A stretch of DNA of 64,000 nucleotides from Callorhinchus milii (lineage: Eukaryota). Where the stretch lies: assembly GCF_018977255.1 (NCBI RefSeq), contig NW_024704935.1, forward strand, positions 1 through 64,000, in the 5' to 3' direction. A model generated the notes under the pieces. It searched no databases and had not been told where the DNA came from. It was given only the letters and a program-made list of their open reading frames with translations. Below are positions 1 to 10,300 of the stretch, in pieces (within the stretch, counting starts at the first letter, position 1; each line of letters begins with the position of its first letter). The translations under genes and the position numbers were made by a program.

Positions 1-608
1 GGAAGCAATTGTTTTCTGATCATTTCTCAGAACCCGAAGCCTGCTGCGGACTCTACTGACCATCAGAATGTGCCTTATAATAAAAGCATTGAACAGGCAA
101 ATCAGAGCAAAACCAAACATGGGAGCAACAACACGGTGAAGCCTTTCAAACGCTTTCCAGGTGACCAAGGTATAACAGCTTGATTTCGTGATACAGTACC
201 ACGGCATATTGTTAAGTGTAACATAAGGATCAAACGTAAAATACCAAGGACTGTTCACTGAGCAGCTGAAAACAGACAAAATTACAATAACTACTGTGTC
301 CATTCTCTCAGTACAATAATTTGTTTTCATTTTTTGGCAGCAAATGGCTACAAAACAGTCGAAAGTGAAAGCAACTGTGAACCACAAAGAGCAGTGGATA
401 GCTGCAGACATTAACGCAACTCTAACGCTACACACTAAAGTGTAGAATAAGATACTTAATGGGAAATAGAGATTGTTAATTTTGTTCAAGAAATTATCTA
501 CAAGGACAACCAGGAAATCAGCCACTGCCATGGCTATCAAATAACGAGTGATGTAATTGGAGAGACCGCACTTTCCTCTTATCAGGATCACAATCGCCAG
601 TAAATTAA
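1..608 (-). pseudogene. Partial GPR139/142-like orphan GPCR, exon 2 (TM1-TM5, runs off the window edge); probably non-functional
   Basis: Acceptor ttcttgcag at 609-610 on the minus strand, then an open frame (V)NLLAIVILIRGKCGLSNYITRYLIAMAVADFLVV... colinear without net indel with 17914-18521. The TM3 motif reads FDCF instead of FDRF. No matching exon 1 found upstream. Confidence 0.75.
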
Positions 609-850
609 CTGCAAGAATCAACAACACAAAACGTAATATATGAACAAAAAGTGTTAGGTTGAAAATGCAAAGCTTTATAATATCGGATTCTATTGTCTTA
701 GAATTATTTAAAATACGTTTGCACAAAAGCTGTTAGTGCAATTTAAAGTATATCATTTAAGTTCAAAGTGACTTCTTCAAAATTTTATTGATTCTTGAAC
801 CAGAAACGTATTCATTTGCTTAAAACAGTTTCGTTAGAGATGTGAATGTG

Positions 851-1175
851 GAGTCCAGTAGCTCAGTGGTTAGAGCACTCGCTTTGCAAGCGAGAGACCT
901 GAGTTCAATTCCAGGTAGAGGGCGAAACCTTGGGCAAGTTTCTTTACGCCACATGACTAATAATAATCCCTCCAAAACCAAATACAATAATAAATTGGTC
1001 ATTTTCAATCTGCGACTCTTTGTGGGACACTGCTGTGCGCAATTGGCTGCCGCGTTCGCCCACAAATATAAAGTCAATTCGCTTTACAGTGTGTTCTGTG
1101 AAGCGCTTTGGGACGTCCTCCCGACGTGAAAAGCGCAATATCAAACGCAAGGATGATATTACTATTATTATTATT
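851..1175 (+). mobile_element. tRNA-headed SINE with L2-type 3' tail (main young SINE family; about 20 copies in the window)
   Basis: A-box/B-box head gagtccagtagctcagtggttagagc...gagttcaattcc, core gtgggacactgctgtgcgcaattggctgccgcgttcgccc, tail gcgctttgggacgtcctcccgacgtgaaaagcgc and (att)n end. Other copies at about 1181-1408(-), 6350-6725(+), 19075-19315(-), 21590-22200(-), 22580-22970(-), 28419-28740(+), 32670-33045(+), 34240-34600(+), 35700-36080(-), 36620-36980(-), 38040-38245(-), 52780-53000(-), 59127-59350(+). Confidence 0.9.
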
Positions 1176-1650
1176 AGAATACACTGTGAAATGGATTTAC
1201 TATATGCTATGCGGACGAAAAGCGGCAGCCATTTGCACACAGATGTGTCCCACAAACAGTAGTGGTTTCAAGTGACAGATTGTTTTATATTTAGGAATCA
1301 GTAAAGCGATCAGCCTATCGAGTAGCAATTGGGTTTTACGTACTGATAGGTAAACAGGCGCATGTCAATTGCGAAATGAGTGCTCTAACCAGTGAACTAC
1401 AGGACACCTGGCTGTCACCTTCAAAGCTCTCCGTGGTCCTTCTCCTCCCTAGCTCTATGACCTCCTAAACTTTCAACATGCTGTTTGCGCCCTCTGCTCA
1501 GTGGGCTCCAACCTAGTAACCAATTGTGCTTGAGCGATTCACATACAGAAACACACAAAAGAGTCAAAAAGTGAAGCCATTCTGAATGGTAAGAGATTCA
1601 CGTGAGAGTAAATACTCAGGCTGTGATCTACATTCCAACTTAACAAAAAA

Positions 1651-1723
1651 TACTGAAACCCGGTGTTGAAACAGGAATCTGTAGTTCTTCAGTCTAACGC
1701 TCTCCCAACTGAGCTATTTCGGC
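1651..1723 (-). pseudogene. tRNA-Phe(GAA) pseudogene
   Basis: Minus strand reads GCCGAAATAGCTCAGTTGGGAGAGCGTTAGACTGAAGA..., 73 nt, followed by a T6 Pol III terminator. T-arm/B-box mutated (GTTTCAACA). Confidence 0.85.
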
Positions 1724-2089
1724 TGTTGTAAAATTAAGTGTTTCCTCTTCTTTTCAACAACTGTACAAACTTTGTGTTCTGATGAAATTCATTTTATCAT
1801 CTGGTCACGCCTTTTCGGGACTTTATTACAACCTCATACTGACAAAAGTTTCCATTTATATGCGGCCCTTTCGGGTTAGGAGGATGTCTTAAGTGGATTC
1901 ATCACAAATGTTTGGGAGCTCAAAATGAGGCTGTGTTGAATGTCACCCTTCAGGCAGGTTTTGGTCACAGTAAGGGTCTAGGGACGACCAAGATCATAAT
2001 GTTGGGTTGGATGTAGAAGACCTTCGGGTCGATCGAATGTCATCCCTTTGCCTTAGTCTGTACCATCTTTCTTGACAGCATGTCCCAGT

Positions 2090-2430
2090 CTATAATACCT
2101 AGAAAACTATCAGATTTTTTGGAAACCTATACGGTTCTTAAGCATCTTGAATGTGTAGGTGCCGTGAGTCTGCTTTCCCTGGTTGGAGAATCTAAAACTA
2201 GGGCTCATAGTCTCAGGATTAAGAGTTAGCCTTTTCCAACAGAATTGAGGAAGGCTGCGGATGCTCAGTCCATGAACATATTCTACACTGATGTCGATCG
2301 CTTTCTGAAGGATAGAGGGGCTAAGACTTATGGGGAAGAGGATCAATGGAATCAGCTTACAATATCAGCCACAGTATGGCTCTATAGCAGGGCAGGCTCG
2401 AGGGGCCAAGTAGCCTACACCCTGCTGCTG
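2090..2430 (+). mobile_element. CR1 LINE 3' fragment
   Basis: Degenerate ORF2 C-terminus and 3' UTR (gcaggctcgaggggccaagtagcct) resembling the other CR1 copies. Confidence 0.65.
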
Positions 2431-3319
2431 CTTCTTACGGCTTTATGGTCTCTGCATAGCGTAACACGTACTGAAATCTGTCCGGAAATAAGACTTTACA
2501 GCTCCAAGCATATGCCATCTTGCTTTACTGTCTTGTTACATCCGAAATCACTGTCTGGTTATACTTTTACAACTCAATTCAGCATTTCATTCAACGCTGT
2601 GAAGCCCACTCTTAGTTGTTGTTTTCTCTCAGTACAGAAACGGCCTAGTTCGTCTGATCGTTGCTCTCCACAAATATAGGGTATCAAGGTGCCTTCTGAG
2701 CAGATGACTGTAAACCAACAAATATGTGTGTTTATTATGGTAATCCTTGCAGCGACTTCTGTTTAATTATTTGAACTGAGATCGCTAAATTCAGAGGCCC
2801 GAGTGTTCAAAACTGTACCCTAGAACCAAGGTCAAGGCGCTCTTTAGTTTCATATTCCCTTCCAGTTCTCAGTATTTTATAAATAGCCAATTGTGCGTGG
2901 GTCCTCCTAAATTCAAAAACGCGAAGAAGAGACTCATTAGAAATCACTCAAATCAGGACGGAATCACCGGCAATTTTAAATGGTATTTGGAGTTTATTCG
3001 AGTTAATTTCCATTTCATTAGATTGATGTAGTAATGATATTCACGTATATCTCAGTCAAGTCAAGGGAAATACAAAACGGAAAATTGATCATTGGAGAGA
3101 AATTCTTGATTTTGTTTGGATCCAATGTAAAGTAGCTGTTACATGTTTCCAAATCCTACAGACTGATGAGCGCAATATAAAAGCATTTTGTTGTAACAGC
3201 AAGAATGATTTATGTACATGAGGCCAGGGATCAGTCTCTGCTTCACCAATGCAAAGATTTAGTTTTATTCATTTGAAGGTTCCATAACAATTTATATTTT
3301 CAACCAAATACGCGTTCTC

Positions 3320-5785
3320 ACAGAATGATTCAAAGAATGTTGCGGCACAGAAGGAGGCCATTCGGCCCGTCGAGTCGGTGCGACTCTTTGACAGAGCCAA
3401 TCATTTTCACTAACCCCAATCAACAGCTTTCTCCCCATAACCTTGCAAACCCGTCTTCCCCCGATACCTATCCAGTTTTCTCTTAAAAGCTGTTATCGAA
3501 TCGGACTTCCCTGCCCTTTCGCGCAGATCATTCCAAATTCCAACAACTTGCTGAGTGAAAAAAAACCTTCTAACCTCTCTTCTGCTTCTTTTGATAGATA
3601 TCGTAAGACTGTGACCACTGGTCACAGACACACCTACCAGCGGAAACAGCTTTTCCTTATCTAGCCTGTCGAAACCTTTCATTCTTGAAGATCTGTATCA
3701 GATTCCCGCGTAACCTTTTCTGCTCTAATGGGAAAAGTCCTAACTTCTCCAGCCTGTTCTCATAGCTAAAGTTCCCCATTCCTGATATAGTGCTCGTGAA
3801 TCTCCTCGGTCCCCTTTTCAGTGCCTTAATGTCCTTCCTGAAGTAAGGTGCCCAGAACTGGACGCAGTACTCCAGCTGAGGCCTCACCAGTGTTTTATAT
3901 AGATTAAACATAACCTCCCTGCTCTTACACTCTATGCCCCTACTAATGAAGCTCAGTACAGCAAACGCGTTTTTTACTGCCTTATCTACCTGCCCCGCTA
4001 CCTTTAATGGTTCGCTTGCTTCAACACACAGATGTCTCTGTGCGTTCACCCACCTTAAGATTGAGCTTCCAAGTCTATAATGCCACCTATCATTCTTTCT
4101 ACCTAAGTGTGTCACCCAACACTTATTCACATTGAAATCCATCTGCCACATGTCAACCCATTTCACCATTCTTTGTATGTCTGCTGGCAGTTGATTACAG
4201 TCATCCTCACTATTTACTACCCTACCTAACTTTGTATCATCTGCATACTTGGAAATATTGCTCTCTATGCCCAAGTCCAGATGATTAATATATATTAGAA
4301 AGAGCAGTGGTCCCAATACCGATCCCTGGGGGACACCGCTGCACACTTTCTTCCATTTCGAGAAACACCCATTAATCACCTCCCTCTGCTTTCTGTCACT
4401 CAGGCAGTTCTTTATCCAAACTGCCACTGTCCCCTTAATACCGTGGGCCTCTATTTTTTGTATTAATGATAATAATAATAATCCTTGCATTTGATACAGC
4501 GCTTTTCACGTCGGGAGGACGTCCCAAAAGCCTTTTTGAAATCCATATAAAGAACGTCCACCGCAATTCCCTCAACAACCCGCGCAGTCACCTCTTCAAA
4601 AAATTCTATTAGATTTGTTAGGCAAGATTCGCCTTAAACAAATCCATGTTGGCTGTCTCTAATTACCTCACGTTCTTCGAAGTAGAGATTTATTCTGTCC
4701 CGGATTACGGTCTCCATTAGCATTCTTATTACCGATGTTAGGCTCACTGGCCTGTAATTTCCGGGCTTGTCTTTCTGCCCCTTTTTGTAGAGTGGGTTAA
4801 CATTAGCTACTCTCCAGTCTCTTGGAATCACTCCTGTGTCCAATGAAGATTGAAATATAATGGCCAAAGCTTCCGCTATTTGAACCCGTATCTCCCTCTG
4901 TAACCTTGGGTGAAACCCATCAGGTCCTGGTGACTTATCAATTTTGAGCCCAGTTAATCTTTTCAGAACTTCCTCTCTGTCTATAGTAATCCGATCTATT
5001 TCCTCTACCCTCTCATCCAATACTGCAGCATTTGGTGCATCCATTTCTGTTGTGAAGGCAGATGCAAAGCACTCGATCAGTAAGTCAGCCATGCCCTCTG
5101 CCTCCACAACAAGATTGCCGCCACTGTCTTTGATTGGCCCCATCCCTACCTTTAACTCACCTTTTTTCCTTTATGTGCTTGTAAAATAGTTTAGGATTCC
5201 CCTTTATGTTACCCGCTAACCTCTTCTCATGCGGACTTTTAGGCTCGTTGTCACTCTTTTAAGATCACTCCTGCATTCTCTATCAGGCGCTTTGCTATCA
5301 TCAGTATCTTGCGTCTTCCAATAGTCGTACACCGTCTTCTACTTTTTTATCCTGGACAGAATATCCTTGGTCATCCAGGCTGGCTTGGTTGTCGCACATT
5401 TGTGGGGATATATCCATTCAGACCTTGAGCTATCATATCTTTGAAGATCTCCCATTGCTCATGAGTCGTTTTACCTGCGAATCTTACGTGCCAGTCCACC
5501 AAGTCTGGGTCCCTTTTTAGCCCATCAAAATTAGTCACTTTCCAGTCAAGCATTTCACCCTTGACTCTACTTTGTCCCTGCCCATGATTAATCTAAATCT
5601 CACAATATTATGGTTACTGTTACCTAGATGCTCCACTACCGAAACCTGTTCAAACTGACCTATTTCATTCCCCAGGACTAGATCCAGCAATGCGGCCTTC
5701 CTCTTAGGATTGGAGACATATTGCTCCAGACAATTTTCCTCTACTCAGTCAATGAATCTTTCTCCTGCCTTGCCCTTAGCGTTGC
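3320..5785 (-). mobile_element. 5'-truncated CR1 LINE, ORF2 (end of endonuclease plus RT), frameshifted
   Basis: ORFs 3657-4490, 4634-5143 and 3410-3682 contain [43 protein letters not shown] and RPQLEYCVQFW; CR1 3' UTR near 3320-3400. Confidence 0.92.
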
Positions 5786-5789
5786 TATG

Positions 5790-6274
5790 TTGCCAGGCTA
5801 TATTCAAGATCCACATCCTCACCTACAAGGCCATTCACGGCCTCGCTCCCTCCTCGCTCCCCGACCTACTATCCCCCTATCTACCTGCCCTTACACTCCG
5901 TTCCTCTGGCTCCGGTCTGCTCCACATCCCCCGCCCCAACCGCCCTACCATCGGTGGCGTCGTCTTCAGCCTCTCAGAACCTCGGCTCTGGAACTCTATC
6001 CCCCAGTGCCTTCGCCTGGCTTCCTCCCTTTCCTCCTTCAAGCCCGGTCTCAAGACCTTTCTCTTTGACCGTGCCTTCAGCTCCCCCCTCGACGCTCTAC
6101 CCCCTCCTCGCCCCCTCCCTTCCCTCCCACTGACCATATCCCCCCTCCTCACTCCCTCCCTTCCCTCCCGTCACCCTGACCATTTCCCGTCTGCTCGGGT
6201 CCTGACCCAACTGACCATCGCTTTGGGACGTCCTCCCCACGTGAACGGCGCTCAAAAATTGAATCTTGTTGTTG
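5790..6274 (+). mobile_element. L2 LINE 3' fragment (young family)
   Basis: FKIHILTYKAIHGLAP...LRSSGSGLL...RLWNSIPQCLRLASSLSSFK; ends in gggacgtcctccccacgtg and (ttg)n. Confidence 0.85.
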
Positions 6275-6818
6275 ATATTGTGGTGTATTGGAAAGATTGA
6301 AATCCCCCATCACATGGGCAGCTTCCAAGTACATCACAAAACTGAGATTTGCAGGTGATGGAGAGCGATTCAAGCTCTCGCCTCCAAAGCCATGTTACCT
6401 AATTTCGCGTCCTAGGCTGGAATATACCCAAGGCAAGTTTCCTTACTCCATACACCGCTATTTACCTATCAGAAAGCAGGAAATCGCTTGATAGACTGGC
6501 GGATCACATTTTTGGGGAAAACAATCACTTAAATAAGAAAAGGAGAATATAGTAGCTTGTGAAATAACTCACAACTGTTTGTGCTGTGCACAATCGACTC
6601 TTGTGCTTCGCCCACAAAATATATAGTCAATGGACATTAGCGTATATTCAGCAAAGCGATTTGCATTTTCTGGAAGTCGTGATAAGGCACGATATCAAAT
6701 GCAAGGATGATTAGAATTATTATCATCTTTCTCCTCACAGCGCAGCGCAGAGACTTGCGAATCACAATCGTGGTTAAACGATCAAACTAAGTAACAGGTA
6801 AACTGTTATAGATTTCAT

Positions 6819-8799
6819 TCAATGCTTTACCCTGGCGATTAGATTTAAACATTGAGTGAATGGAAAAAGCAAAACACCATTTCTGAGCTCCTCTCTTAAC
6901 TTCCTCTGGCTCACCGCATAAATACACCTGTTTCTGCCGCAGCTGAAAAGCTGGAGAATAATCCCCACTTCTTCTCTGATGAACAACGTATCGTCGAGAC
7001 CTGTGTAGTAGTAGTTACCTGTCATTCGGCCGTATTTACCGTTGACCACGTAAGTCATCCAGAGGAGAACAAAAGTGCCTGAAATAGCGAAGAGTAAAAT
7101 AATGGAACCCTTGCGACTCTCCATCTCGGACCCTTCCGGTTCCTTGGAATATTTCCAGCCCGGAGCTTTGCACTGACTTTGCTGCTCACCAGTAGGTGTC
7201 TGACAGTGAAAGTATTCAATAGCAGAATCAACAGGAATGGGAGCAAAGTATTCCAAATATATATAAAGTAGGCATAGATTTTCCATCCTAGCAACAAGTT
7301 AAAGCTCTCAGTGTGGACACAGCCCATGAGACGTTGTTAATAACGTAGCGAGGACCAAATATAAAATAATCACCAATGCTCCTCAAACAGTTTATGATAA
7401 ATAATCTGCCGATCACCTTGACCGCGTTTTCTTCAGTACAAAATATTGTTTACAGCTTTTGCCTAAAAATGGCTATGAAGCGATTAAAGGTGAACGCAGC
7501 TGTAAACTACACTGAGCAATCCGTGGAGGCCTTAAATAGGACTATATTGACACGGCAAACTGGGGTGATATTCAGCACCGTGGTGGCAAAGTAAATGTAA
7601 CCAGTGTAGTAACATGTCATACCAAATATGACCAACATCAGATCTGCCGCTGCCATGGCCACCAGGTAGCCAGTGACGCATTTGGGGAGACCGCACTTTC
7701 CTCTGCACAGAATCACGATGGCCACTAGGTTTGCTGCAAGAGAAAGAGAGAATACAGCTTCAGCATTTGCCACTTTAATGTTTAGAAACCAGGTGTATTG
7801 TTATTTCGGAGCAAAACCAATGAAATTAGATATGGACGGATGAATGATAAATTTGCTGCATTTCACTCCACAACCAGGACAGGCTGGACGGAGATGAAAA
7901 GACAATTTCTTTCACAGGTTTTTCACAAAGACTTATAAAAGACTGCAAGCACAGAAACAGGATACTCGGACCAACCATTCTTTCTCAGTGTTTATATTCC
8001 ACATTAGTCCCCTTCCCCGACTTTTCTGCATACCATTATATTTCACTCTCCCTTACCTCTCTATCGTGCATTTTGTTCCTATGAAAGTGAGTTCCGCATT
8101 CTCACTCGTGAAGTTGTTCTTCCAAAATTCCCTTTTGAGTCACTTTATTATTCCTTTGTTCTCCTGGTTACGCACTCCCCATCTTGTGTGAACAGATTAT
8201 TGATACTATCCTTATCAAATCCTTTTGGGGTGTAGTTTACTATCTCGTGGTAAGGAGCTCGCCTCGCAGAGTAGGACATAAACTGCTTTGTGTCGTGTCC
8301 CCCTTGAAGTTCACAGTCCTTACGTGGGTCTTCGACCCACACCTTTCTGAAATATATGTGAGATTGCTACCAGTTGAGCCAGGCTGACACCAACGTGCAG
8401 TATGATTGGCAACACAACGGTGAATTCGATGTGGTTGCATTACACTTTCAGCTCCTTCAGGAAACTTCTCCATATTACCCCTCAATCTCTTCCTCACAGC
8501 ATCTCTGCATAACCTGCTCCAGTTCTCAGCACGGGATCGTGTCCTGTACCATTATGTCTCTGCTCTGTTGGCCTCTGACTCGGAGGGTTATGGTTTCCAA
8601 ACATGTCGTTCCAGTGCAGTGCTGGTGGAGAAGCTGCATTGACCGATATCAACGCACATAAGTGTTATGAAATCAAAACCGCTACCTGCTTGCTTGACTC
8701 AATGTTACTTGATTCTAAGCACTTACTGGGCACCTGAAGGGCTGCGAGGATGGGATAACAAATGTAAGTTATTGGAAAGATAATTGCCTGTCGATGCAT
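6819..8799 (-). pseudogene. GPR139/142-like GPCR pseudogene (exon 1 8727-8799; exon 2 6819-7733)
   Basis: Exon 1 MHRQAIIFPITYICYPILAALQVP with donor A|gtaagt; exon 2 NLVAIVILCRGKCGLPKCVTGYLVAMAAADL. TAG at 7507-7509 where paralogs have Trp, plus further stops and frameshifts. C-terminal part EMESRKGSIILLFAISGTFVLLW in ORF 6819-7286. Confidence 0.9.
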
Positions 8800-9599
8800 T
8801 TTCTGTGAGAAACAAACAGAAATGCTGGTGCAGGCCACACGGGATTCAATCAACAGTGAATCAGTCAGACGGCTTAAAAGTGCTTTATTTAAACTGCTGG
8901 AAGAATTCCCAGTGAGATATGCAGGTCTCACAAGCTGCAGTTAGTGACAATCTGGTGAACAATTCAATTAGTGAGCCTCAATCTGTGACATATGACGTTT
9001 CAATCAGTGCAACAGAAAATGAAAAAAAGAAAAACGAAATTAATGATTTCTCATTATTTTTATTCCGCAGATATTTGAAAATCTGACGTGTCTTGGGAAA
9101 CGTCTCCCATGCGCGGAAGATTGTTGCGTTTCTTTTTATATGTGTAACCATTGGAGCAGATGAACGGATAACTGCTGAAGTCAAAAACACTGTGGAGCTT
9201 TTTGCACATACCCAAACCACAACTGACTTAAAACACTGGGGATGCAGTTTTCGAATCACAACAAGTTGTGTCACAGAAAGTAAGGGAAAGAAATAATCCC
9301 TTTCTTAAACTAAATTGTGCTGCACAAAAACTAGCAATTGAAATGAATACAGGAACAACACACAACAATATACAGAATAATAATACTGATAAAAGTGCTT
9401 GAATTTGATAAAGCACCGATCGCAGCCGGAGGGTGTCCATAAAGTGCTTTATAGGATACATTATACTGGACATAGCTCCTTATTTTGTGGGCAACAAACA
9501 AAGACTTTTGCGCATAGCAATATCCCACAAACAGCCATGGATTCAGCAATAAAATTTATTTGGTCATTTCTCCCGTCTTTGGATCTTTGAACCTTGCTG

Positions 9600-10300
9600 A
9601 CAGGCATCTTCATCTTCTTGCTCTGATACTGCACAAGATGACAGATAAAGCGTCTTTCACTTCCAGAGGACGTACGACGGCGATGAACAGTCGGAATAGG
9701 ACACAAGCTGGGTGATTTGGGGCAATTTGGATCAGGGAGAGTGGAGCGAGAGATACAGGGAGGGTGGCCGAAGGCACGGTCGAAGAAGAGGGTCTTGAGA
9801 CGCGCCTTCAAGCAGCGAAAGTTGGGAGCGAGACGAACGGAATGAGGGATGGACTTCCTTCATCCTCAGCCATCAGACTATGATTGGGGGCAGAGTGATT
9901 GAAGGACCAACCACCGATGGTGGTGCATGCCGAATGCGGTGACACGGAACAGGCCGGAGTCTGCTGAACAGAAGGAGCGGGCAGGTTCATCAGTGGTTGG
10001 TTAGCTGTTCGGAGATGTAGGAGATGGCAAGACCATGGAAAGCATTGAATGTGAGTTGGAAAATTTTGATCGCGATGTTCAGGAACGGGAAGCCAGTGGA
10101 ATCTGTTGAGGGCGGCTGTATTGGGGTCACTGAGACAGGTACAAAAGAGTACACGAGCTGCAGAGGTCTACATAATCTGCAGCATGTGGAGGGAAGATGG
10201 GTAGATTGACATGCTGGGTGTTGGTATATTGTGATGACTGAGGATGAATGAAAATGAGTGAGAGATCAACGCTCAAACTCTGCCACTGTTCTGCGCTCCA
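9600..10300 (-). mobile_element. Degenerate L2 LINE fragment
   Basis: TIGGWSFNHSAPN and KARLKTLFFDRAF motifs homologous to the 5790 and 23656 copies. Confidence 0.7.

Noticed and set aside
851-925. tRNA gene calls at SINE heads (also 28419, 32670, 34240 and others)
   Set aside because: They continue into the SINE body and L2 tail, and lack a paired acceptor stem and terminator.
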